A stretch of DNA of 64,000 nucleotides from Acidimicrobiales bacterium (lineage in GTDB: Bacteria > Actinomycetota > Acidimicrobiia > Acidimicrobiales > SZUA-35). A program made the translations under genes and the position numbers. This document shows, one piece after another, positions 53,965-63,631 of the stretch. The stretch lies in NCBI GenBank assembly GCA_020630065.1, contig JAHDCC010000006.1, forward strand, positions 61,695-125,694, in the 5' to 3' direction. Position 1 is the first letter of the stretch. Every line of letters begins with the position of its first letter. The notes beneath the pieces were generated by a model. It made no database searches. It was not told the DNA's origin and saw only the letters and a list, made by a program, of their open reading frames with translations.

Positions 53965-56235
53965 TTATCGGCCAGCTAGTTCCACTAGATCCGCTGTAGG
54001 AATATGCCATAGGCCAACACGGTTGCGGTCGCTGCCGAGAAAGACAATCTCATCGTTGTATTCGATGGCGTTCCAGATAGTTGTGCCATTCGAGAATTCA
54101 TCCGGCTCAAACCCTGTGGGGCCGGTGTCGTTCGTCAGCGGCTTCCACTCGCCGCCGTCGGCAAACCAAATATGTCCCACTTCCTTGCCGGTTACGTCGT
54201 CAACGACGAAACCCAACGCCATACGGACATCTGCGAGTTCAACAACTTCATACACTCCATCGTCTTTCCCTCCGATATCCGTGATCGACCAATCAACCAG
54301 GTCGGTCGACGAAGCAACTAGCGACGTGCCATCCGCAGCGCTGCCCCACATCGTTACCGAATCACCAGTTGTCCGGCAGTCATTTATAGAGCTGAAACGG
54401 TCGAACGTGTCGCTGCTAGGTAGCGCTTGCCACGACTTGCCGTCGTTCGACGTAGCGAGCTGAATGCTGTCAAGCTCATCTTCGATGAACGTGATGTACT
54501 GTTCGTTGATAGACGCGAGGCACTGTGCATACTGTCTGTCGCCGGACAACGTTAACCCCTCGATTGGTGCATCCTCCAAGGGTCCGTTAGCTGGAGCAAA
54601 GTAGAACCTCACGAGGTGTTCAGTCGTACTAGCGGGTAAATCTTCTCCGGCGAGAATCACTGAACCATCTCCGAGGCTTAAGGTCGCCGAAAACAAGATG
54701 CGGTTGATTGTTCCCCGATTTGGAGTTTTTTGACGTCTTGATTCCTCTGCGGTTGGCGTGAGAAGTGTCGCCGCCCAGCCACCGCTTTCCTCGGCGTTAG
54801 TTGTGACAGCTAGTTGATTTCCCTTAGCGCTCGAGTCCTCTGTACTGAAGCCGGGTTCGCCAATCGAAGAGCTTTCCCAGTCGGACTCTTTCGTTCCCGT
54901 CCACGTATAGGCGGTCGGAATCGCCTCAGTCTCAGAACGGGCATAGGTGTAGTTAGTTCCTGTAACTACCAACTCATCGTCAATAACGTGAATATCGTTT
55001 TGGGCCGACGAGTTAACGAAGACCGGCAGTTCCGGGTGTTGTACCAGGCTCCATCGATTGTCTGCTCGTATCGCCAGCTTTGAACCTCCCCCGATAAGCA
55101 GTGAGTTTCCAGCGGCGCTAAATACGGCGTTGTCGATTCCCTTTGGAGCGACGGCAGAATCGATAAGTCCAGTCGGTTCCCATGACGATCCGAAGTTGTT
55201 GGACACGACGGGTTCCTGAACAAAAGAGTCACTAAGAGCGATGTAGATATCGTCACCAGACCCAGCGGTAGACGAAAACCCGAACCCACCGGTCAAGAAA
55301 CGTCCTCCAGTTTGCAGTTCTCCGGCATCCGCTATCTGCCATGTTGAATTCTGAGGCGTTTTGACGAGCATCAACGGGGAATCGAACTCCTGACGGCGGC
55401 TGGCGCCAACCGCTCGCAAGGTTCCGTCAGACTGCACGGTTACGTCAGAAAGATAACCTTCGTCGACACCTTGAACGTTAAGGTACTCGGCAGTCAGCGT
55501 TCCCGAATTGTCGGTCCATGTCAGAGGCTTCGTGACAGAGTCTTTACTTTCCCAACCAACCCCGAGCAACGTTCCGTCTTCGAGAGTTACTAGTGAACCC
55601 AACGACGTATCGGTTCTGGTGCGGTCACCGATACTGATGTCGACGGGTTTCCACGTGTCCCCGTCGCGCCGCCATACAACAGGAACGTTGTATTCGTCGA
55701 CCTTATTCGACCCGTAAATCATCGAACCATCTGGGGAGATTCCGTTGGCTGACGAGTCTGTACCGGGAACCTCGAGTCGATCGACCTTCCAACCCGATGC
55801 GTCCTTTCGCCAAACAGTGGCGGTCGAACCGGTGTCGGTGGTGACGCTACCAGCTACTACGATCTCCGAATCGTCGACATAGATTTCGTTCACGCTTCCC
55901 TGAATCGCCTCATCCAGTGGAAGTTCTTCGCGTTGGCCGTCGTTGCCGTTAGGGGAGTGAAGAACAAACGGAATCCACCGACGTTCAGCAACGTTATTCA
56001 TCGAACCGGCCACGTACCACCCGCCCTCATTAGCGGGGTCGAATATGCCAGCACCAATACTTACATAGTCGTCGGCGACGGTAGCCAAAACATGCGGCCA
56101 CGGCTGCACAAGCGGCTCCGACTGTGTGGGTCCCTGCGCCACTGATGTGTCATCGCTAGGACTCGGTTCGCTTGAAAGAAACGAACAGCTCGTGGCAATA
56201 AGTGCACAACAAAAAACAACGACAGATATTCTCAT
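53965..56235 (-). CDS. Large secreted lipoprotein with BNR/Asp-box beta-propeller repeats
   Basis: MRISVVVFCCALIATSC carries a lipobox (ATG 56235). Asp-box-like SNNFGSSWE and SNDGKSWQ, with repetitive beta-strand-rich sequence. Listed ORF extends to 56271. Confidence 0.68.
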   Translation of the reverse strand: MRISVVVFCCALIATSCSFLSSEPSPSDDTSVAQGPTQSEPLVQPWPHVLATVADDYVSIGAGIFDPANEGGWYVAGSMNNVAERRWIPFVLHSPNGNDGQREELPLDEAIQGSVNEIYVDDSEIVVAGSVTTDTGSTATVWRKDASGWKVDRLEVPGTDSSANGISPDGSMIYGSNKVDEYNVPVVWRRDGDTWKPVDISIGDRTRTDTSLGSLVTLEDGTLLGVGWESKDSVTKPLTWTDNSGTLTAEYLNVQGVDEGYLSDVTVQSDGTLRAVGASRRQEFDSPLMLVKTPQNSTWQIADAGELQTGGRFLTGGFGFSSTAGSGDDIYIALSDSFVQEPVVSNNFGSSWEPTGLIDSAVAPKGIDNAVFSAAGNSLLIGGGSKLAIRADNRWSLVQHPELPVFVNSSAQNDIHVIDDELVVTGTNYTYARSETEAIPTAYTWTGTKESDWESSSIGEPGFSTEDSSAKGNQLAVTTNAEESGGWAATLLTPTAEESRRQKTPNRGTINRILFSATLSLGDGSVILAGEDLPASTTEHLVRFYFAPANGPLEDAPIEGLTLSGDRQYAQCLASINEQYITFIEDELDSIQLATSNDGKSWQALPSSDTFDRFSSINDCRTTGDSVTMWGSAADGTSLVASSTDLVDWSITDIGGKDDGVYEVVELADVRMALGFVVDDVTGKEVGHIWFADGGEWKPLTNDTGPTGFEPDEFSNGTTIWNAIEYNDEIVFLGSDRNRVGLWHIPTADLVELAGR

Positions 56236-56378
56236 GATTATCCTCACTACCCCGACTTGAGGTGATCGCAAATTGCGACAGCCGATTTCGATAAATGATG
56301 ATAATAACAGTTATCTATCGCATTCTGTGTCCAGGGATCAACAATGTTGTTTATCTTTATTATGTAAGCACTGTTTGG

Positions 56379-57071
56379 TCAGGGTTGTAGGATCCGTTTG
56401 GTCAGGTCCATAAACATGTCGATCGCTTGTGTCAGCGTCGATCCGTCAAGGCCGGGATGGTCCTCAACGCTGCTAGGTGGAGTTTGGGAAAGTACCCAAC
56501 GGTCGACTGAAGCTCCGACCCCCATAACAATCGTGGTGAGAAGCGTGATGGGAAGATCAGTTCTAACTTGTCCCTGTGATTGGCCCTCTTCCAGAATCGA
56601 CTGGGCGATCGACGAATACTGTTCGTTCCAGCTTTCGAGTCGTTCAACGCCACTGGCTTTAGGGACGAAGTCTGCCGAAGCTTGCGCCAACGCCACCGAC
56701 TGAGGGTGGGTTGTTGCGAACCGTAAGTATCGCGTCAATAACGCTTCGACGTGGCCCCAAAACGGCTCGTTGGTAACTAGCGGTTCCAACGCGACGAAAA
56801 GTTTGTCAAGTTCTCGTTCAGCCACGGTCAAAAACAAATCTTCTTTGTCGTCGAAATAGTAGTAAGACGCCCCCTTTGAAACGTTGGCTTCCGCCAAAAT
56901 TTTGTTGTACGACACATCGTGGTAGCTGCCACGAGCGAACGCGTTGGCCGCTATGTCGAGTAGTTCTGTTTGGCGTTGTGGGGAGAGTTTATGGAATCGG
57001 GGTCGAGGCACTGGGGTGAGGGTGTGGTTGGATGAAACGTTTTTCGGGAACGCCTGCCTGTTTGAGGGCAC
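56379..57071 (-). CDS. TetR-family transcriptional regulator
   Basis: RQTELLDIAANAFARGSYHDVSYNKILAEANVSKGASYYYFDDKEDLF. The ORF start overlaps the Rieske gene by 83 nt; a later GTG (about 57011) is possible. Confidence 0.85.
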   Translation of the reverse strand: MPSNRQAFPKNVSSNHTLTPVPRPRFHKLSPQRQTELLDIAANAFARGSYHDVSYNKILAEANVSKGASYYYFDDKEDLFLTVAERELDKLFVALEPLVTNEPFWGHVEALLTRYLRFATTHPQSVALAQASADFVPKASGVERLESWNEQYSSIAQSILEEGQSQGQVRTDLPITLLTTIVMGVGASVDRWVLSQTPPSSVEDHPGLDGSTLTQAIDMFMDLTKRILQP

Positions 57072-57990
57072 GTTGTCTCAGGCTAACGTACCGGGCGGCA
57101 CCCGCATCGGCTGCTATGAAGGTTGACGATCCGGGTTGGGCTGTTGTCGGGGTCATCGGTTCGAGTACTGGAATGTCCTGTCTGTATTGGATGTAGCCGA
57201 ACTCGGTTTTGAGGGCGAGTTTACTGGCGAGCTTCTTTCCGAATGGGAGGTTTGGTTTAAGAAGTTCGAGTCGGGCCCACGTCCAGGTGGTTGTGTCGTC
57301 GATGGGGGTGGCGATGGTGACGATGTGGAATCGTTGGTCGATGGTGAGTACTTGCACGTTGGGTAGCTTGAGGTTGGAATCGAACCGAAAACCCTTCTGG
57401 TCGTCTTTTTCGCCGAGATAGGCGGTTGACGTTATCCAGTCTTCGCCATGGTTGACTTCGATGTTTGTAACTTCGGTAGGTAGGTTGCCGGCGATGTTGC
57501 TGTGCACAAAAGGGAAGTGGTGTAGGTCGAAGTTGCTTTCAACCATTCGGCTGTAGTGAATGGGGTATACCAGTTCCGAAGCTTGGGCCGTTGGCGAGTC
57601 GGCTGAGGGGGCGTTGTTGAGCCACGGCACATTTGGGCTGGGTTCTTGGTCGCCCCACCACATCCAAATAAGGCCGTGGTCTTCTTGGACTGGAATGGTG
57701 GCGAGTTTCATTTGGGATGGAATTTGAGAGTTTGGTGACGCAGGTATGTGGACGCATGTGCCGTCGGTTTCGAATCTGAATCCGTGGTACGGGCAGGTAA
57801 GACAGCCATCTTCGATCGATCCTGCGCTGAGCTTGGTTCCGCGGTGTGGGCACCGGTCGACCGATAGTCGGGCGGTGCCCACGACGTCACGCCATGCGAC
57901 GAGGTCTTGGTTGAGGCGCCGCATTGCGACTGGTTTCTTGGCGGTCAGTTTTGTTGCGTCGTAGATGGCGTACCAGTGGTTGGGTAGCAC
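56989..57990 (-). CDS. Rieske [2Fe-2S] non-heme iron oxygenase
   Basis: Rieske motif CPHRGTKLSAGSIEDGCLTCPYHGFRF plus a downstream catalytic domain with His residues. Confidence 0.88.
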   Translation of the reverse strand: MLPNHWYAIYDATKLTAKKPVAMRRLNQDLVAWRDVVGTARLSVDRCPHRGTKLSAGSIEDGCLTCPYHGFRFETDGTCVHIPASPNSQIPSQMKLATIPVQEDHGLIWMWWGDQEPSPNVPWLNNAPSADSPTAQASELVYPIHYSRMVESNFDLHHFPFVHSNIAGNLPTEVTNIEVNHGEDWITSTAYLGEKDDQKGFRFDSNLKLPNVQVLTIDQRFHIVTIATPIDDTTTWTWARLELLKPNLPFGKKLASKLALKTEFGYIQYRQDIPVLEPMTPTTAQPGSSTFIAADAGAARYVSLRQRALKQAGVPEKRFIQPHPHPSASTPIP

Positions 57991-58083
57991 TAGGGTCTCC
58001 TTCCGTCCCGTTTTAGACTACCGGTCATACCAACGGTCTAAAAGCTGCTATCTTGACCAATCCTCAGGAATTTGTTGTATCCA

Positions 58084-58284
58084 TTACTCTCTCGACCAGA
58101 ACTCTCGCACGGTCACTCCGTCGACACCCCAGCTGTCAACATCGACCTCGTCAATAACAACATGGGTCGTCGCCGGGTCTGAATCGAGAACGTCCTGCAG
58201 GAGTTTGGTGGTTTGCTCGATGAGCGCCTTCTTTTGGCTCTTGTCCACGATTTCGTCGATAACTCGAATACTTACATATGGCAT
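58084..58284 (-). CDS. 4-oxalocrotonate tautomerase family protein
   Basis: MPYVSIRVIDEIVDKSQKKALIEQTTKLLQDVL... (66 aa, Pro-1). The start overlaps the upstream stop (TAATG). Listed ORF 58084-58398 is over-extended. Confidence 0.8.
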   Translation of the reverse strand: MPYVSIRVIDEIVDKSQKKALIEQTTKLLQDVLDSDPATTHVVIDEVDVDSWGVDGVTVREFWSRE

Positions 58285-58682
58285 TACTGCTCTCTTTCGT
58301 TGGGTTCGTAGTGGAAGATTTTCGACATTATTTGCCAACGGCCATCGACCCTGATGAGGGTCAGCAGGTCGGTGAAGAAACGATCCGCAATAGCGCAATG
58401 CACCCGGGCGGCCGCCGCATTTGGCCCGGCCATCTCAATGCGGACAATCCGATCTTTTCGTTGCTGGCCTTCTGACGCTGGTGAACGACGCTCATCGACC
58501 ATCGTGAAATAGTCGCTCATCGTTAGTTGCACTAGCGTCGAATCGGTGGCGCAGACGTAGGACGCATCAGGATGAAAGACCGTACGCAACAACAACGAAT
58601 CGGCCCGATAGAGGCCATCGAAATAGTCGTGTAGGATCTGGCGGATGTCGCCGTCCTGGGTTGGTGAAGGCTTGCTGGTCAT
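58284..58682 (-). CDS. NTF2-like (SnoaL/lumazine-binding-like) protein
   Basis: IRQILHDYFDGLYRADSLLLRTVFHPDASY...RIEMAGPNAAAARV........FTDLLTLIRVDGRWQI. The ATG overlaps the flavodoxin-like stop (ATGA). Confidence 0.72.
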   Translation of the reverse strand: MTSKPSPTQDGDIRQILHDYFDGLYRADSLLLRTVFHPDASYVCATDSTLVQLTMSDYFTMVDERRSPASEGQQRKDRIVRIEMAGPNAAAARVHCAIADRFFTDLLTLIRVDGRWQIMSKIFHYEPNEREQ

Positions 58683-59299
58683 GGCGTAGTTGGGACCGCG
58701 TTTAGATGGTTCTGGACGGCGTCCCAACCCGACGCGGCTCGGGCAACACGTAACCCAAGATGGGTGGCGGTCAGCTGGTCACTTTTGGTCGGAGCTGTTT
58801 CCGGGCCTTCGTCTGCATTCGACTGAGCCATCGCTCCAATGAAACTAGACAGCCGATTAAGATCGTCGGGAGACCCCGTCGACGTGTGATTCCCGGGCGG
58901 CAGGCCAAGTCCTACCCAGACCATGGCGTGTTGAAAAGCGAACAATGATAAATGTTGAAGGGTTGCAAGTTTGTCGCCGCTTGCTCCGGCTGAATTAGTA
59001 AACCCGGCAGCGAGTTTGTTGGCCCAACCCTGGTCGAGCCAACGGCTTGACGTCGCGTCCATGAATGTCTTGAACTGGGCGGACGGTCCAGCGAAATATG
59101 TGGGTGAGCCGAAAATGATGGCGTCCGCGTTGTCTAAAACTGTCCAGTTATCCTCAACATTATCCACAGGTATGAGGTTGGAGTGGGCGGTAGGTACCTG
59201 GTCAACACCTGCCAGTACAGCTTCGGCTTGTACCTTGGTGTGGCCGAAACCGCTGTGGTAGACGATGGCAATCGATGGCATTAGTACTGTTCCTGACAT
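58679..59299 (-). CDS. Flavodoxin-like NAD(P)H:quinone oxidoreductase (WrbA type)
   Basis: IAIVYHSGFGHTKVQAEAV...ADAIIFGSPTYFAGPSAQFKTFMDATS. Confidence 0.83.
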   Translation of the reverse strand: MSGTVLMPSIAIVYHSGFGHTKVQAEAVLAGVDQVPTAHSNLIPVDNVEDNWTVLDNADAIIFGSPTYFAGPSAQFKTFMDATSSRWLDQGWANKLAAGFTNSAGASGDKLATLQHLSLFAFQHAMVWVGLGLPPGNHTSTGSPDDLNRLSSFIGAMAQSNADEGPETAPTKSDQLTATHLGLRVARAASGWDAVQNHLNAVPTTP

Positions 59300-59356
59300 T
59301 CAGTGGGTGGTAGATATTCGTATCCTGACCGACCACGCCCTATAAGTCCAAGACAA

Positions 59357-59380
59357 GTAATTGATCACTGCTATAATTAC
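59357..59380. promoter_or_regulatory. LysR-type inverted repeat overlapping a -10 box
   Basis: GTAATT-N12-AATTAC. TATAAT at 59372-59377 lies 8 nt before ATG 59386, which suggests a leaderless or near-leaderless transcript. Confidence 0.4.
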
Positions 59381-59385
59381 AGCTT

Positions 59386-60288
59386 ATGGAAACGACTCTT
59401 CGAGACTTAGAACTCATCGAAGCGCTCGTGGCGCACGGAACAATGACGGCCGCCGCCGACCACCTATTTGTCAGCCAACCAGCACTCAGTCAACGGCTGG
59501 CCAACCTCGAACGTAAACTCAACAGCCAACTATTCATTCGAAACACCCAAGGTCTGGAACCGACCAACGACGGGCTCAAACTTCTCGACTCGGCAAGAAC
59601 GGCGCTTGAAGCGGTTCGGGAAGCCGAATACCAAATACGATCCCAATCCGCCGGTGAGCGGCGCATCAGAATCATGTCTCAATGCGCCAATAACTATTCA
59701 TGGCTACCGGACGCGTTGGCGTCGATCCGAACCCAGTTCCCATCGTTGGTGGTCGAAGTCGCGGCGGTGCAAAGCGATCAGATTGTCGAGCAAGTAAACG
59801 CGGGAAAACTCGACATCGCCATCATCACAAAACTTCAACAAGACATGGACCAGCTGAAACTCGAAGCCGTTTTCGATAACGAACTGGTAGCGGTGACTGC
59901 CGAATCTCACCCGTGGGCGGATAAACACTTCGTTGACGTCAACGATTTCTCCAACGAGCATTTAGCCGTCAGCGGAAGAAGCGACGAAACATGTCAACTG
60001 GCATTGCCAATACCGGTCGGCGCAGTGCCTGGCAAACTGACTACGTTGCCTGTAACCAACGAAATGCTTGTCCAGATGGTCTCATTCGGCGACGCCATAA
60101 CCGTATTGCCGCTCTGGATGGCAAAACCGTTCGTAGAAACAGCGGGCGTGGTAGCTCGCCCAATCGGGCCAAAACCTGGATTCGTGCGAACCTGGTATGC
60201 CGCCACCAGGCACGGATCCTCAGACGAGCTGATCCGCCAGCTGATCGATTCGATCCGGGCAGCGGCGCCACGGGCCGAGGTGAAATAA
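59386..60288 (+). CDS. LysR-family transcriptional regulator
   Basis: LRDLELIEALVAHGTMTAAADHLFVSQPALSQRLANLE. It is divergent from the WrbA operon. Confidence 0.9.
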   Translation: METTLRDLELIEALVAHGTMTAAADHLFVSQPALSQRLANLERKLNSQLFIRNTQGLEPTNDGLKLLDSARTALEAVREAEYQIRSQSAGERRIRIMSQCANNYSWLPDALASIRTQFPSLVVEVAAVQSDQIVEQVNAGKLDIAIITKLQQDMDQLKLEAVFDNELVAVTAESHPWADKHFVDVNDFSNEHLAVSGRSDETCQLALPIPVGAVPGKLTTLPVTNEMLVQMVSFGDAITVLPLWMAKPFVETAGVVARPIGPKPGFVRTWYAATRHGSSDELIRQLIDSIRAAAPRAEVK

Positions 60289-60419
60289 GCCGCTCAAAGC
60301 CGAGCAGCCACAATTCGGCAACAATCAGTACCATGGGGTAGGTGCCCGACAATGCCGCTCTACTATCGCCCGAAGAGCGTCGCGAGGTTGTACTCCATCG
60401 ATTCGAGCGAGCCGAATCG

Positions 60420-60812
60420 ATGTCGCAACGGATTGTCTTCGCCGTGATCGGTTCGCTGTTCCTCTGCGTAGGAATAGCCGGATACATAGTTCCCGGACTG
60501 CCAGGAACAGTGTTTCTTCTCATGGCTCTCTGGTTTTTCGGGCAATCGAACGAACGAATGTATCGATGGATGCTTTCTAACCGTTTCTTCGGTCGCCAGC
60601 TAGTCGACTACAAAGCCGGACTTGGCATTCCCCGCAGTATCAAAGTCATTGCGATCGGCTGCATAGTGATCTTCACAGCGCTTTCCATGTTTCGACTGGG
60701 CGCGTGGTGGCAACAAATCGCTTTAGGTCTCCTAGCTATGTACGGCATTGGGTTTATAGCAACCCGACCCACCCGGGAGAAGGTACTCGCCCGTGTCAAC
60801 TCACAGCCCTAG
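60420..60812 (+). CDS. DUF454 (YbaN) family inner-membrane protein
   Basis: GIAGYIVPGLPGTVFLLMALWFFGQSNERMYRWMLSNRFFG. ATG 60420 is preferred over the listed start at 60342. Confidence 0.8.
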   Translation: MSQRIVFAVIGSLFLCVGIAGYIVPGLPGTVFLLMALWFFGQSNERMYRWMLSNRFFGRQLVDYKAGLGIPRSIKVIAIGCIVIFTALSMFRLGAWWQQIALGLLAMYGIGFIATRPTREKVLARVNSQP

Positions 60813-60926
60813 CGGCGAGCGCTTGGCTAGGGTCGCTGTGGCAAATCCGTCATATCGACTCATCACACAGTAACTACACTTGACCCTGGAACGCCTTTCA
60901 CGGCGTGTTCAGCGAACGGAGACGCA

Positions 60927-61898
60927 TTGGAGAACAACCAGGTCAGTGGTGAAGGCTACGACGTAATCGGCGACATTCACGGATACGGCACCCACCTTGA
61001 AGGTCTGTTGTTGTCGATGGGGTACTCGGAGGGTGCAAACGGCTACTCCCACCCGAACCGAAGAGCTGTGTTTGTTGGAGATCTAGTAGATCGCGGCCCG
61101 AACCAACGCAGAACTATCGAAGTCGTACGAGCGATGGTGATGTCTGGTGCCGCCAAAATGGTCCTCGGCAATCACGAACTGAACGCAATCGGGTACACGT
61201 TGCCAAACCCGGTCATCGCGGGCGAATATGTTCGAATCCACAGTGACCGAAATAGGCGAACACATAAAGCATTTCTGGATCAGTTGGTCGAAGGTTCCGC
61301 TGACCATCAGGAGGCGATCGATTGGTTCAAATCGCTTCCTATTTGGCTTGACCTAGGGGGAATTCGTGTCGCTCACGCTTGTTGGCATGAAGCATCGATA
61401 AACGTTTTGAGCGACCTTGTCGGCCCCGATAACGCTATTTCGCATCAGATTCTTGTCTCCGCCCCAGGATCTCCCGAGCGGGAAGCGCTATCAATCCTCA
61501 CTCGGGGGCCCGAGGTCAATATCGCTCAACCTTACAAAAACCGGGCGGGTGGTCTTAGCGGGAAAGCACGGTTCAAATGGTGGTCTCATGACGCAACCAC
61601 TATCGATAAGGCGGTCATGTTGCCCGATGGGGTAACGGCTGCGGACGGTTCGACCTACCCGGAATTCAACGCAGACCCGGTCGATGCCCCCGTCGAAATC
61701 TATAGCGACCGTGTCCCCGTGTTATTTGGTCATTACTGGTGGAAGGGGACACCGGCGAAAATAACACCTTACGTGGCGTGTCTCGACTACAGCGTGGCCG
61801 GGGCAGGACCGCTGGTCGCCTACCGCTGGCAAGGTGAACGCGAGTTAAATGATGACCACTTCGTACAATTTGGTCCGATTACGGAGACCGGCCCATAG
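60927..61898 (+). CDS. PPP-family metallophosphoesterase (ApaH/PrpE-like)
   Basis: Motifs GDIHG, GDLVDRG and GNHE. Confidence 0.85.
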   Translation: MENNQVSGEGYDVIGDIHGYGTHLEGLLLSMGYSEGANGYSHPNRRAVFVGDLVDRGPNQRRTIEVVRAMVMSGAAKMVLGNHELNAIGYTLPNPVIAGEYVRIHSDRNRRTHKAFLDQLVEGSADHQEAIDWFKSLPIWLDLGGIRVAHACWHEASINVLSDLVGPDNAISHQILVSAPGSPEREALSILTRGPEVNIAQPYKNRAGGLSGKARFKWWSHDATTIDKAVMLPDGVTAADGSTYPEFNADPVDAPVEIYSDRVPVLFGHYWWKGTPAKITPYVACLDYSVAGAGPLVAYRWQGERELNDDHFVQFGPITETGP

Positions 61899-61932
61899 CG
61901 TCAGGTCAGTACAAGGGTTGGCAGCTGATTCG

Positions 61933-63414
61933 TTATGCTGCGGCTTGGATTGTCCGTAGACGCAAATGGGTTGAAACAGCCCGACGTCCAAGGCAGAGCG
62001 ACCCGAGGACAAGCTGGACGCCTAGAATAACCGTTGGGTTCAAAATGACCGCAGGTATAGCGATGAGCCAAAAGATCACTAGTCGAGTGCGAGTCAACGG
62101 CTCTTCAATAAACGTTTTCTCCGGATGCCAGCGGTAAACGGCATAAGGGAACCACCGGTAAATTACTTGGGCTACCAGAAGCCCAACTCCGACTAAGCTG
62201 ATCGCTGATATAACAGCGAACCCACCGTATTTTCCTATTTGAAGCAAGAGGTGGGGGATGACTCGCATCGGTTTCGATAGTCGGTTGAACACAAAGAACA
62301 CGGTTCGGACAGATGCTAGAGTGATAAGCCACCCGAGGGCGAGAATTGGTGCAGTTGTCAATGATCGGCTCAAACCGATTGTGAGGAAGACACTAGCGAC
62401 CGCCGTTAGTCCACCGGCCCAGACCCAGGGTAGGACTGTAGGCACGGTGCCTTTGACCTCGGCGAAGTTGGACGGCAAGACGGGGTCGGCTTCTCGAGCC
62501 TCTCCCAGCACATCGTTTTCGTGGTATCCGGCTTCATAGGTGATCCACAAAGCTAACGAGGCGAGCACAACACCAATTGCGTGAAGTGGAAACAGGGCGG
62601 CGGTTGTAACGCTGCAGGCTAGGAGAACGACATAGAGATCGTCTTTGAGCCACGCGTATTCAATGAATTTCCGTCGCGGGTTCTTCGTGAGATGAATGTA
62701 TCGCAGCGGCACATACGCGTTATTTGGTTGGATCGTGTTCGAGATAGTTCGCGGTTTACTGACGACCGGGGTTTGGCACGAGTCGAGCAGTGGTTCTTCT
62801 TGAGAGTCGGAGATGATGATGGAGCTGCTGACGAGTTTGCTGAAAGGTGAACCGAGAACAAGTTCGTCAGTTGAGATGTGTTGTTGGCCTCGCCAGCTAA
62901 GTGGTCGGGCAGAAATATGGTTGGAGAAGCCGAGCGCTTCGATCAGAGGGGCCGCTATCGGGGTGAAGTCGGTTGAAAAGACCACTACTTTACCGTCGCG
63001 TCGTTTGAGAATGTCGACTAGTGGCTGGTTGCTGTGGTCTTTGGCTAGTTCGTCAGCTCGTTTGCGCCACAGAATCCAGTTCCATGGGAAGAGCATCAAG
63101 ATGATGAGGACGCGTATCCAGTCCCGGTTTTTCTCTGCGCCGGGTAGAAGTCGCCATGGTTGTAGACCGTCGAGGAGGCTTAACGTTGTTGCCGTTGCCG
63201 TTGCAGGTTGGGCGGTGGACAAAAATAGTTCGGTTGGATTGGAAATGTCTAACACGCTTTGGGCGTCGACAAATACGGGGACACGAGGTTTGCTTTCCAC
63301 AAAACCCGTCAGCTGGGTTTGCCCATAACTAGACGACGCGGTCATGGGTCTGGATGACTTTGCGGTTTCCTCCCTCAGAGGAAACGAGTCGTCTTTGGTC
63401 TGTTGTAGTTCCAA
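61933..63414 (-). CDS. Large membrane protein, hypothetical (soluble N-terminal half plus polytopic C-terminal half)
   Basis: 493-aa ORF. The C-terminal half has about 6 TM helices with YHENDVLGEAREAD, a possible UbiA-like Asp-rich motif (weak). The N-terminal part is unassigned. Confidence 0.55.
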   Translation of the reverse strand: MELQQTKDDSFPLREETAKSSRPMTASSSYGQTQLTGFVESKPRVPVFVDAQSVLDISNPTELFLSTAQPATATATTLSLLDGLQPWRLLPGAEKNRDWIRVLIILMLFPWNWILWRKRADELAKDHSNQPLVDILKRRDGKVVVFSTDFTPIAAPLIEALGFSNHISARPLSWRGQQHISTDELVLGSPFSKLVSSSIIISDSQEEPLLDSCQTPVVSKPRTISNTIQPNNAYVPLRYIHLTKNPRRKFIEYAWLKDDLYVVLLACSVTTAALFPLHAIGVVLASLALWITYEAGYHENDVLGEAREADPVLPSNFAEVKGTVPTVLPWVWAGGLTAVASVFLTIGLSRSLTTAPILALGWLITLASVRTVFFVFNRLSKPMRVIPHLLLQIGKYGGFAVISAISLVGVGLLVAQVIYRWFPYAVYRWHPEKTFIEEPLTRTRLVIFWLIAIPAVILNPTVILGVQLVLGSLCLGRRAVSTHLRLRTIQAAA

Positions 63415-63631
63415 TTATCCAACACCTGCGTTGGTGGGCTATTGCTGGGTCTAACGCTGGGCGGCGACAGCAGCAGAATCCTAGGGGCGATATATTCTGC
63501 AAGTTCTATATTGCCTGTTCGAATTATAGAGCAAGTTTGTTGGCGATGGTACGCAGGTCGACATGATTGTGGTGAACGCTGCAGTGGATATGAGTACGGT
63601 ACAGGCGGGAACGTTGCCTTAGATACTCGGT

